Below the pieces are notes generated by a model. That model ran no database searches and was not told where the DNA came from. It saw only the letters and a program-made list of their open reading frames with translations. 64,000 nucleotides of DNA from an uncultured Gammaproteobacteria bacterium (GTDB lineage: Bacteria > Pseudomonadota > Gammaproteobacteria > Steroidobacterales > Steroidobacteraceae), in contig CAWDGY010000008.1 in assembly GCA_963801865.1 (NCBI GenBank), forward strand, positions 30,440 to 94,439, in the 5' to 3' direction. Below are positions 36,475 to 45,076 of the stretch, in pieces. How positions within the stretch are numbered: position 1 is the stretch's first letter; each line of letters starts with the position of its first letter. A program made the translations under genes and the position numbers.

Positions 36475-37227
36475 ATGAGTCCTGTGGAAAAAAAACCCGA
36501 CGGCGGCCTTCGTAATACCCTCTACGAGCAACAAACACGGTCGAGCCGGCGCCTGACTCGCAGCCGTCTTTCCCTCTACAAGATGCTGGTGCCCCCGGGT
36601 CTCGGGTTACTGCGCCTGGTGTGGAGGTGGTGCCGGGTGGTGCGGGTGGTGGGTACTGAGCACATTTCGGCGGCGCTCGCCCGGGCCCCTTCCTTCATCC
36701 CGGTGTACTGGCATCAGCACCAAATCTTCTGCGTGAAGCAGCTGCTCGACATGCGGGATGCCGGCGTCAAGTTGGGGTTCTTGATCAGCCCGTCGGTGGA
36801 CGGAGAACTCGGCGCCATGCTCGTTCGACGTGCCGGCGGGGAAGTGATCCGTGGGTCATCGTCTTATACCGGAGCGCGCGCCTTGCGCGACTATTATCAG
36901 GCGCTCGCGCACGAGGGCATCTCTCCGGCGATCACGCCGGACGGTCCGCGCGGACCGCCGTGGAAGTTCAAACCGGGGGCGATCTTGCTCTCGCAGCTAT
37001 CGCAGCGGCCCATCATTCCCATGGCGTACGCCGCCTCGCACGCCTGGAAAATCAAATGGGACCGTTTCGTCATTCCCGTCCCAGGCGCGCGCATCGCGAT
37101 CGTGGTGGGCGAGCCGGTGTATGTCGCGAAAGGGCTCGATGCCGCGGGGCTCGTCCGGCTACAGCAGGAGATGGAGCGGAATTTGATGGGGTTGTACGCC
37201 CAAGCCAGGGCCGTTTTGCGGCTTTAA
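36475..37227 (+). CDS. DUF374 family protein (LpxJ-like lysophospholipid/lipid A acyltransferase superfamily)
   Basis: Start moved to the ATG at 36475 (MSPVEKKP...). DUF374 core ISPSVDGELGAMLVRRAGGEVIRGSSS.GARAL......GISPAITPDGPRGP..KFKPGAILLSQLS..PIIP. Confidence 0.7.
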   Translation: MSPVEKKPDGGLRNTLYEQQTRSSRRLTRSRLSLYKMLVPPGLGLLRLVWRWCRVVRVVGTEHISAALARAPSFIPVYWHQHQIFCVKQLLDMRDAGVKLGFLISPSVDGELGAMLVRRAGGEVIRGSSSYTGARALRDYYQALAHEGISPAITPDGPRGPPWKFKPGAILLSQLSQRPIIPMAYAASHAWKIKWDRFVIPVPGARIAIVVGEPVYVAKGLDAAGLVRLQQEMERNLMGLYAQARAVLRL

Positions 37228-37239
37228 GCGTCAAGCCCT

Positions 37240-37268
37240 AGGAATACAACTGCTTAGCTTGTATTCCT
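37240..37268 (+). terminator. Perfect AT-rich 10-bp hairpin after the DUF374 gene (candidate terminator or regulatory stem)
   Basis: AGGAATACAA (37240-37249) and TTGTATTCCT (37259-37268) with a 9-nt loop, starting 13 nt after the stop. No clear U-tract follows. Confidence 0.35.
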
Positions 37269-37410
37269 TACAACATGTGCGAGAATCCGGATGTATGTTC
37301 CACACCAGGCGAACTTAAGAACTGTGTGACGCATTCGAATTTAGGCTCCAATCGAGTGGCAAACTGTTGATGGACAACCGTATTCATAATCCGGGGACCC
37401 TCGAAGGCGC

Positions 37411-40095
37411 ATGGCGATAGCTCCCAACGATCCCCGACACCCCGACCTCACCGCATCGGATGTCCTCTCTCCGCAAACCTGGCCCAGGCGCGGGATTCGC
37501 CCCGCGGTGGGGCTCGATGTCATCTGCACCAAAATCGCGGTGGATTTCCAAACGATGACGGCGGCTACCGCCGCAGACTGCATTTACGCGAATTTGGAAT
37601 TGCTGCGCGATGCGACGCGCACCGATACCGCCTTTCACATGAGTTTCGACACGGAGACATCGACCTTCGCCGATGTCCAGGTGGCGCGCGGATTGTTGGC
37701 GACGGGAAACCCCGAGCAGCTGCGCGGCCAAAACTTCGACGTGCTGCCCTGGCTACGCTCGCGACTCGCGCCGCTGCGCGTAACGGAATTTCGAGATACG
37801 GCCAATCCCCGGCCCGATCAGGCCGAAGATGCGGCGGTGTGGGCCGACCTGGGGATCGGATCGATTTTGATGATCGGCTACGTCATCGAGGGCCGTCCGG
37901 CGGGGGTTCTCGGCATCGCCGGTGCGCGCCCGCGCGACAATTGGGAGGTGCAGCTGCACCTGCTCATGAAGCTGGTTGGCAGCAGCCTCGCGACCGGACT
38001 CGAGCGCATCGAGATCCAGGCGCATTTGCGCGATCTGGAGGAGCGCAATGAGCTGGCACTCTACAGCGCGAACGACGGCCTATGGGATTTCGACACGCTC
38101 AACAACCGCGTGTATCTGTCGCCGCGCTGGAAGGCGATGCTCGGCTACGACGAAGAGCACGTAGAGCAGGCGCCGGATTGGCGGACACTCGTGCATTCGG
38201 ACGACATGTCGCGGGTTCAGGCCGCCATTCGCGATCACGTGGCGGGCAAGACGCCGATCTTCGAGAGTCTGCACCGGATGCGCCATGCGTCGGGCGAGTG
38301 GCGCTGGGTGATCAGCCGGGCCAAGGCGCGGGTGGATGAGAAAGGCCGCTTGCTGCGCCTGGTGGGTGTGGAGCTCGACATCACCGAACGCAAGCTCTAC
38401 GAAGAGGCGCTGTTCCGGGAAAAGGAAAGCGCGCAGATCACGCTGCAGAGCATCGGCGACGGTGTCATCACCACCGACGCCAAGGGCGTGATCGACTACT
38501 TGAATCCGGTGGCGGAATCCCTGACGGGGTGGCGCCTCGAGGACAGCCAGGGGCGCGCGATCGAGGAGATCTTCCGCGCATTTCACGAGGAGACCTGCGA
38601 GCCGCTCGAAAATCCTCTGGCGGTGGCGATCCGCCGCACCCGCTCGATCAAATCGGTGCGCCCCATGCTGCTCATCCGGCGCGACGGCAATGAAATCTAT
38701 GTCGAAAGCACTGCCTCGCCGATTCGCGACGGCAGCGGCGCGGTCTCGGGCGGCGTACTCGTATTCCACGATGTCAGCGAGGCGCGCGAGCTGAATCGCC
38801 GCCTGAGCTACCACGCCAGTCACGACGTGCTCACCGGTCTGGTCAATCGCCGCGAGTTCGAGAATCGCATGGAACGGGCGCTCAAGAGCGCGAAGGCGCG
38901 CGAGACATCCTATGCGCTGTGCTGCCTCGACCTCGATCAGTTCAAGATCGTCAACGATACCTGCGGCCACAGCGCCGGCGACGCCCTGCTCGGGCAGGTG
39001 GGCGCGCTGCTGAAATCGAAGGTTCGGTGGCGCGATACCCTGGCGCGGCTCGGCGGCGATGAGTTTGGGATTTTGCTCGAGAGCTGCTCACTCGACGAGG
39101 CGATGCGCACGGCGGAGTCACTGCGCGAAGCGGTGCGCAATTTCAAGTTCACCTGGGAAGAGCGCACGTTTCGCCTGGGCGCGAGCATCGGTGTGGTGCC
39201 GATTTCGGCCGACAATGCCGACGTCGCCTCGGTTCTGAGCGCCGCCGACAGCGCCTGTCAGGCGGCCAAGGAAGCCGGACGCAACCGCGTGCACAGCTTC
39301 GAGGAAAACGACATCGATCTGATGCGCCGGCGCCGCGAAATGCAGTGGGCGGCACGCATCAACAACGCGCTCGAGGAAGGCCGATTCGAGCTGTTCCGGC
39401 AGACGATCCTGCCGCTCCAGCAAGTGGAGAACGGCGCGCATTACGAGCTGCTGCTGCGCATGCGCGACGAGACGGGCAAGATCGTCGCGCCGGATAATTT
39501 CATCACCGCGGCCGAGCGCTACGGCATCACGCCGAGCATCGATCGCTGGGTCATCGAGAACGCCTTTCGCTGGCTCGTCTCCGAGGCGGACGAGCGCGAG
39601 AAGCTCGCCATGTGCTCGATCAATCTGTCCGGTCAGAGCCTCGGCGATGACAAGTTCCTGCCGTACGTGATCGATCAGTTCCACCGTAGCGGCCTGGACG
39701 CGACCAAAATCTGCTTCGAGATCACGGAGACCGCGGCGATAGCGAGCTTCTCGCAGGCCAACCGCTTCATCCAGGCGTTGAAGGAATTGGGCTGCAAGTT
39801 TGCGCTGGACGACTTCGGCACGGGACTCTCCTCGTTCGGCTACTTGAAGCACTTTCCGGTCGATTACCTGAAAATCGACGGCAGCTTCGTCAAAGAGATC
39901 CTGCACGATCCGATCGACCGCGAGATGGTGCGCTCGATCAACGAGATCGGGCATCTGACCGGCAAGCAAACGATCGCCGAATTCGCCGAGAACCTCGAGA
40001 TCATCAACATGCTGCGCAGCCTCGGCGTCGACTACGCGCAGGGCTACGGCGTGTCCCAGCCGCAGCGCGTACTCAAGGCCGCGAATAGCGCCTGA
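37411..40095 (+). CDS. N-terminal sensor (GAF-like)-PAS-PAS-GGDEF-EAL c-di-GMP turnover protein
   Basis: PAS modules (..NDGLWDFDTLNNRVYLSPRW.., ..DGVITTDAKGVIDYLN..). RWRD I-site plus GGDEF. EAL domain with the ELL variant (HYELLLRM) and DDFGTGLSSF. Confidence 0.9.
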   Translation: MAIAPNDPRHPDLTASDVLSPQTWPRRGIRPAVGLDVICTKIAVDFQTMTAATAADCIYANLELLRDATRTDTAFHMSFDTETSTFADVQVARGLLATGNPEQLRGQNFDVLPWLRSRLAPLRVTEFRDTANPRPDQAEDAAVWADLGIGSILMIGYVIEGRPAGVLGIAGARPRDNWEVQLHLLMKLVGSSLATGLERIEIQAHLRDLEERNELALYSANDGLWDFDTLNNRVYLSPRWKAMLGYDEEHVEQAPDWRTLVHSDDMSRVQAAIRDHVAGKTPIFESLHRMRHASGEWRWVISRAKARVDEKGRLLRLVGVELDITERKLYEEALFREKESAQITLQSIGDGVITTDAKGVIDYLNPVAESLTGWRLEDSQGRAIEEIFRAFHEETCEPLENPLAVAIRRTRSIKSVRPMLLIRRDGNEIYVESTASPIRDGSGAVSGGVLVFHDVSEARELNRRLSYHASHDVLTGLVNRREFENRMERALKSAKARETSYALCCLDLDQFKIVNDTCGHSAGDALLGQVGALLKSKVRWRDTLARLGGDEFGILLESCSLDEAMRTAESLREAVRNFKFTWEERTFRLGASIGVVPISADNADVASVLSAADSACQAAKEAGRNRVHSFEENDIDLMRRRREMQWAARINNALEEGRFELFRQTILPLQQVENGAHYELLLRMRDETGKIVAPDNFITAAERYGITPSIDRWVIENAFRWLVSEADEREKLAMCSINLSGQSLGDDKFLPYVIDQFHRSGLDATKICFEITETAAIASFSQANRFIQALKELGCKFALDDFGTGLSSFGYLKHFPVDYLKIDGSFVKEILHDPIDREMVRSINEIGHLTGKQTIAEFAENLEIINMLRSLGVDYAQGYGVSQPQRVLKAANSA

Positions 40096-40242
40096 GCGTA
40101 GCCGCCGGCCGCCACGCGGTCAGGTGTCGGCGTTTCTCCTACACCGAACATCAAAACATTTCCCCGCGAACTCCGTTGCCGGGTGAACTCCCCAGGTGTC
40201 ATTATGTCGAACCGACTTTGTGGCCGCGCGGCGGAGGGATTT

Positions 40243-40695
40243 ATGGCCCGAGTTACCGAAAAGGTGAGCATTCCGATGGACCCGGACTTGCTGTGGGAAA
40301 ACATCGGCGGATTCGGCGCAGTCGGCGTCTGGCACCCGATGCTCGAGAAGGTCGACGTTCAGCGCGAGGAGCTCGGGGCGGTGCGCACGGCGCACGGGCG
40401 CGATGGCAGCACGCATGTCGAGCGCTTGGTGGACGTGGAACCCGAACAACACCGCTACCGCTATAAGATGGAATCGACGCCGCTTCCCGTCGGAAATTAC
40501 GTGGGGGAATTCAGAATCGAAAGCGATGCCGAGCACGAGAGCTCGGTGGTTTGGGCGGCCGACTTCGAGGTCACGAAAGGCGACGAGGCGAAGACCGTTG
40601 GCGCGGTCCGTCAATTCTTGAGATCGGGGCTCGATCAATTGCGTGCGGCTTATGGCGGTTCGCACTGCAACCGCGTGATGGTGACCATTCCCTGA
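40243..40695 (+). CDS. SRPBCC-fold (polyketide cyclase/dehydrase-like) protein
   Basis: Start moved to the ATG at 40243 (MARVTEKVSIPMDPDLLWENIGGFG...). The pattern ..W.P....V.....G..R.......H.ERL...D...H.Y.Y is typical of this fold. Confidence 0.6.
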   Translation: MARVTEKVSIPMDPDLLWENIGGFGAVGVWHPMLEKVDVQREELGAVRTAHGRDGSTHVERLVDVEPEQHRYRYKMESTPLPVGNYVGEFRIESDAEHESSVVWAADFEVTKGDEAKTVGAVRQFLRSGLDQLRAAYGGSHCNRVMVTIP

Positions 40696-40780
40696 GCTGA
40701 ACCGGCCGGGTGAAATAAACTATCCACTGCCCACGATTAGTTCGCTTGTCGGATCCCGTGGTCCGGCGGACCATCGGTCG

Positions 40781-41374
40781 GTGAGCAACTATCGAAAGCT
40801 TTTCTCCCACGAAGCCGCCGCGCTCGGCGGTCACCTGGCCCGCCTCGGTGGCGAAGAGCGGTCGCTGCGCTTCATGGGCGCGATGAGCGATGAGGCCGTT
40901 CAGGAGTACTGCGAAGAGCTCGACTGGTTTCGCATCGTCGTCATCGGAATCTTCGACGCGGGCGTGCTGCGCGGTTGCGCCGAGATGAACATTCCGGATC
41001 GTCGCCATCCGATCCTCTGCGAGGTGGCGATTACGGTCGAAACCGCATGGCAGCACCACGGCATCGCGACCGAGCTGCTCCGCCGCGTGCTCGTGGTGGC
41101 GCAGAATCGATCCGTGCGCGGCCTCCATATCACCTGCTTTGGCCACAATCACCGCATACAACACATCGCCGAGAAATTCGGCGCGCGATTTCGCAGCCGG
41201 GACGGGGAATCGGAGGCCGACATTCCAACGGGCGCTCCGACCTACTCGTCGCTCTGTGAAGAGACGATCGACGATGGTTTCGGATGCATGAACATCTGGT
41301 TCGACTACGTCGCCCGGCGCCTACGCGCGCTGCACGGGACGGGCCTCTCGCCGTTCGGACACGCAATTCGCTAG
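40781..41374 (+). CDS. GNAT-family N-acetyltransferase
   Basis: Acetyl-CoA loop-like segment ETAWQHHGIATELLRRVL followed by a beta strand. Listed GTG start. The N-terminal roughly 60 aa are unassigned. Confidence 0.55.
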   Translation: MSNYRKLFSHEAAALGGHLARLGGEERSLRFMGAMSDEAVQEYCEELDWFRIVVIGIFDAGVLRGCAEMNIPDRRHPILCEVAITVETAWQHHGIATELLRRVLVVAQNRSVRGLHITCFGHNHRIQHIAEKFGARFRSRDGESEADIPTGAPTYSSLCEETIDDGFGCMNIWFDYVARRLRALHGTGLSPFGHAIR

Positions 41375-41838
41375 CGTTTGGGGTAGGGCGTCCCGTCTCT
41401 CTTTGCAAACCCCGCATCCCCCTTGAGGAAGCGCATATCAATGTCCGGATAATCCCCTTCATCGTCGGCGACCTTCCGCGATCCCACTTCCAGCAGCACG
41501 GCATCTCGGTGCGAGCGGTTTTGCAAATGATGTCCATCGCGGACGCCCGCCTTGAAGCCCGCGCAATCGCCCGCGTGCAATACTTCCTCGCCGCCGTCCG
41601 TGACCAGCACCAACTCTCCTTCGAGAACGTACACGAACTCATCTTCCGCCGAGTGCCAGTGCCGCTGACTGGACCAACTGCCCGGCGGCAAGCGAAGCAG
41701 GTTGACTCCGAAATCCGTGAGACCGGCGGCATCGCCCAATCGCTGCCGTGCGCGGGCCGCACACGGTACGTCGAACGGCGACGGATACCCGGACCCGGTG
41801 ACGACCGGAACTGTTCTCACGTCGATGTGTTTCGGCAT
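41371..41838 (-). CDS. Cupin-domain protein
   Basis: Cupin motif 1 in SSQRHWHSAEDEFVYVLEGELVL and motif 2 in GDCAGFKAGVRDGHHLQN. Confidence 0.75.
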   Translation of the reverse strand: MPKHIDVRTVPVVTGSGYPSPFDVPCAARARQRLGDAAGLTDFGVNLLRLPPGSWSSQRHWHSAEDEFVYVLEGELVLVTDGGEEVLHAGDCAGFKAGVRDGHHLQNRSHRDAVLLEVGSRKVADDEGDYPDIDMRFLKGDAGFAKRDGTPYPKR

Positions 41839-41863
41839 GGTTCAACTCCTTATGAGTGTCAAT

Positions 41864-42790
41864 TTACTCGACCGCGACAGCGGGTATCTTAGAGGCATTG
41901 CGGCACTGCTCCGCCACGTGCTCGCGGATGAGCTCGGCCAAACGCAGGGTTCCCGGGCCCGCGTAGTCGCGATCGGCGAACACCAAATAGAGCTCGCCCC
42001 AGCGCTCGCCGCCTTCGCGCAGCGGCAATGGCTTGAGCAGGCCGCCGGCAATTTCGCCTCGAATCGTGTCTTCGGCATACCAAGCGAAGCCGAGTCCCAT
42101 CACCGCAGCATGGATCGATGTGGCCTTGTGGCTCACGGTCCAACTTTGCTCCGCGCCGAGCCAGCTGCCGCTGCGACGCTGGCTGCCGGTATCGCGGATG
42201 ACCAGATGGCGGTGCTTTCTTAGATCCTGCAGAGTGAGTTCGCGCCCGAGCTGGTGCAGCGCATGCTGGGGATGTGCGGCTGCGACGAATCGCAGCCGCA
42301 TCAACGGATCGCCGGTAAACCCGGGAGGCACCTGCGAGCAGATGGCGAGATCGACTTTCCGCTGCAGCAGCGTCTCCTCGGTACCGCTGAGCACGGTCTC
42401 ATACAGCTCGATGCGCGTCTGGGGCCGCTCGTCGGCGAAGCGCGCAAAGCACTGCAGCAGCAGCCACGTAGGGAAGATGATCTCCACCGCAAGCCGCAGC
42501 TCCGGTTCCCAACCCGCCGCAAGGCTGCCGGCGGCACTCTCGAGTGCGCCGGCTTCATCGAGGAGTGCCTTCGCGCGCCGGTACAGAACTTCGCCCGTCG
42601 GCGTGAGATGCGCCTTTCGGCCGACCACCTCGAATACCTTCACCCTGAGCAGCGATTCGATCTTTTGCACGGCGTAGGTAACCGCCGACTGGCTCTTGTG
42701 CAGCATTTCCGCTGCTTGGGCATACCCTCCTGCGTCAACCACGGCTTGCAGGGCACGCCATAACTCCAACGAAACCCGAGGGGCTGCCAT
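41864..42790 (-). CDS. LysR-family transcriptional regulator
   Basis: N-terminal wHTH LELWRALQAVVDAGGYAQAAEMLHKSQSAVTYAVQKIE, with a periplasmic-binding-fold effector domain. Divergent from azoR. Confidence 0.88.
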   Translation of the reverse strand: MAAPRVSLELWRALQAVVDAGGYAQAAEMLHKSQSAVTYAVQKIESLLRVKVFEVVGRKAHLTPTGEVLYRRAKALLDEAGALESAAGSLAAGWEPELRLAVEIIFPTWLLLQCFARFADERPQTRIELYETVLSGTEETLLQRKVDLAICSQVPPGFTGDPLMRLRFVAAAHPQHALHQLGRELTLQDLRKHRHLVIRDTGSQRRSGSWLGAEQSWTVSHKATSIHAAVMGLGFAWYAEDTIRGEIAGGLLKPLPLREGGERWGELYLVFADRDYAGPGTLRLAELIREHVAEQCRNASKIPAVAVE

Positions 42791-42800
42791 CAGTGCCTTA

Positions 42801-42861
42801 TATCCAATTATTAGATAGGTATACCCTATATTTTGCTCTTTTTTATCTATCCAATCAATAG
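42801..42861. promoter_or_regulatory. Candidate LysR-type operator sites in an AT-rich divergent promoter
   Basis: Dyads TATC-N9-GATA (42801-42817) and CTAT-N7-ATAG (42847-42861), each containing the direct repeat TATCCAAT. They lie between the LysR gene and azoR. Confidence 0.4.
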
Positions 42862-42908
42862 TTAACTAACACCCACTGTTCCACCAAACGATTTTGAGGA
42901 GAAGTGCC

Positions 42909-43514
42909 ATGACCACCCTGCTGCAACTCCACGCCAGCATCAACAACAGCAACGGCCAGTCGAGCCAGTTGGCCAACCAGTTCGTCGCGGCTTTCCTGGA
43001 AAAGCATCCGCACACCAAGATCGTGGTGCGCGACGTCGCCGCAGGGGAGGCGGTGCCGCATCTGGATGCCGATCGCTTCGGCGCCTTCATCACCAAACAG
43101 GAAGAGCGCAGCCACGCGCAGCACGCGGTCGTTGCCTATTCCGACGCGCTCATCGCCGAACTGCAGCAGGCCGACGTGATCGTCCTGGGTCTGCCGATGT
43201 ACAACTTCGGCGTACCATCGCAGCTCAAGGCCTATTTCGATCACATCGCTCGCGCCGGCGTCACCTTCAAGTACACCGAGAAGGGCCCCGAGGGTTTGCT
43301 TACCGGCAAGAGAGTGTTCGTGTTCGCCGCGCGCGGCGGTCTCTATGCCGGCACGCCGATGGATACGCAGACCGGCTACGTGCGCGACTTTTTGCACTTT
43401 CTCGGCATGACCGATGTCGAATTCGTCTACGCTGAAGGTCTCGCCGTCAGCCCGCAAAGCAAAGAGGCGGGTCTCGCGAGGGCCGTGGCCGAGATCGCAC
43501 GTCTCGCCGCCTGA
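42909..43514 (+). CDS. azoR: FMN-dependent NADH-azoreductase
   Basis: Start moved to the ATG at 42909, behind GAGGAGAAG. Collinear with E. coli AzoR: ...VRDVAA..VPHLD..., DVIVLGLPMYNFGVPSQLKAYFDHIARAGVTFKYTEKGPEGLLTGK. Confidence 0.88.
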   Translation: MTTLLQLHASINNSNGQSSQLANQFVAAFLEKHPHTKIVVRDVAAGEAVPHLDADRFGAFITKQEERSHAQHAVVAYSDALIAELQQADVIVLGLPMYNFGVPSQLKAYFDHIARAGVTFKYTEKGPEGLLTGKRVFVFAARGGLYAGTPMDTQTGYVRDFLHFLGMTDVEFVYAEGLAVSPQSKEAGLARAVAEIARLAA

Positions 43515-43537
43515 GCCAATCCGAGGAGAATGCTTCA

Positions 43538-44431
43538 ATGACTACCCGCTCATTAGTTCATGTTATTCAATCGATGCCGACCTCCGATGGCGCCGGCGTC
43601 AAGTTGCGTCGCAGCCTCGGCAGTCAACGGGGGCTGCACGTGGATCCGTTCCTCATGCTCGATGAGTTCTATTCCGACAACCCGGACGACTACATCGCCG
43701 GCTTTCCGTCCCATCCGCATCGAGGCTTCGAAACCGTCACCTATATGCTCGACGGCCATATGCGCCATGAGGACCATCTCGGAAATCGCGGCGATCTCGG
43801 CCCGGGCGGCGTGCAGTGGATGACGGCCGCGCGCGGCATCATTCACTCTGAAATGCCCCAACAGAGCGAAGGCCGATTGCGCGGCTTCCAGCTGTGGCTC
43901 AACCTGCCGTCGCAGGAGAAGATGAAGCCGGCGAGTTATCGCGACATTCCGGCGGCCGAGATCCCGCTCGTGAACCTGCCGCAGCGTGGCGAGGCGAAGA
44001 TCATTGCCGGTACGCTCGAGCTGAACGGCGATTCCTACAGTGGCCCGATCAATGGCCGGGGCCCGATCAATGGCGGAGGCCCGAAGCTCAGCACCGATCC
44101 GCTGTACCTGGATGTTGTCTTGCCGGCGGGCGCCGAGTTCAGCGCACCGATCGCAGCGGGGCACAATGCCTTCCTCTATGCCTACGAAGGCAGCGCGCAG
44201 ATCGGACCCGCCGGTTCCGCCAAACCACTGCCGCATCGTGCCGCGGGCGTGCTGTCCGATGGCGACCGCGTGCAGGTGCAGGCCGGCGCGGATGGCGTAC
44301 GCTTTCTGCTCCTCGCCGCCAAACCGATACGGGAGCCGGTGGTGCAGTACGGACCGTTCGTGATGAACACGCGCGAGGAAATCGAGCAGGCGCTCGCGGA
44401 CTATCGCGACGGGCGGCTGGCCGCGGCATGA
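43538..44431 (+). CDS. Pirin-family protein
   Basis: Metal site GFPSHPHRGFETVTYMLDGHMRHED plus a second cupin domain. Contains an in-frame GPINGR/GPINGG duplication. Confidence 0.88.
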   Translation: MTTRSLVHVIQSMPTSDGAGVKLRRSLGSQRGLHVDPFLMLDEFYSDNPDDYIAGFPSHPHRGFETVTYMLDGHMRHEDHLGNRGDLGPGGVQWMTAARGIIHSEMPQQSEGRLRGFQLWLNLPSQEKMKPASYRDIPAAEIPLVNLPQRGEAKIIAGTLELNGDSYSGPINGRGPINGGGPKLSTDPLYLDVVLPAGAEFSAPIAAGHNAFLYAYEGSAQIGPAGSAKPLPHRAAGVLSDGDRVQVQAGADGVRFLLLAAKPIREPVVQYGPFVMNTREEIEQALADYRDGRLAAA

Positions 44432-44461
44432 AAGGATGTCGTTTCGGCGTCGTGCGCGGCC

Positions 44462-45076
44462 CTAGCCACGCCAGTCGGTAAACACGAGGCGCACGCGGCG
44501 GGCGAGCCGGCGGAACATTTGCGTGAAGGTGATGCTCGAATCGGCCAGATACATCCCGAAATGCTGATTCAACAACGCGAAGATGACTGCCGTTGCGTCC
44601 CCCAACGGCAGTCGATGATCGAGTTGCCCGGCGTTTCGGTATTTCTCCAAGAGGCGGCGGATCTGCGCCTGTGCCTCGGATTCGGCCTCGAGCACCAGTT
44701 CCTTCAACAGCCCCTCGTTCCCAACTCCCGGAAATACCGTGAGTTGCAGCAGTTCCCGGCTCGCCCAATCGTGTCCCCCCAGATCGCGGTAGGCGGCGAG
44801 CAACGCGACCATCGACTCGGCCGGATCGACGAGGGGACCGTCGATGAGGCGTTGCGCACGGGCAAGCATGTTGGTCAACTCCGGGCGCAGCAGCGCGTGG
44901 ACGATTCCCTGCTTGGAATCGAAGTACTTGTACACCGTGGCGACTCCGACCCCGGCTTCCGCGGCGATCTGCTCGAAGGTGGTACGCGCGTACCCATGCT
45001 TTTCGAATAATCGCGCTGCCGCCGCCAACATGGCGCTGCGCCGCATTTGCTTTTGCGCGTTACGGCGCCCGGTCAA
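44462..45076 (-). CDS. TetR/AcrR-family transcriptional regulator (last gene of the copper operon)
   Basis: HTH AAARLFEKHGYARTTFEQIAAEAGVGVATVYKYFDSKQG. Proposed TTG start at 45076 (MTGRRNAQKQ...) overlaps the SCO1 stop as TTGA. The start is uncertain; the listed ORF extends to 45232, inside the SCO1 gene. Confidence 0.75.
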   Translation of the reverse strand: MTGRRNAQKQMRRSAMLAAAARLFEKHGYARTTFEQIAAEAGVGVATVYKYFDSKQGIVHALLRPELTNMLARAQRLIDGPLVDPAESMVALLAAYRDLGGHDWASRELLQLTVFPGVGNEGLLKELVLEAESEAQAQIRRLLEKYRNAGQLDHRLPLGDATAVIFALLNQHFGMYLADSSITFTQMFRRLARRVRLVFTDWRG

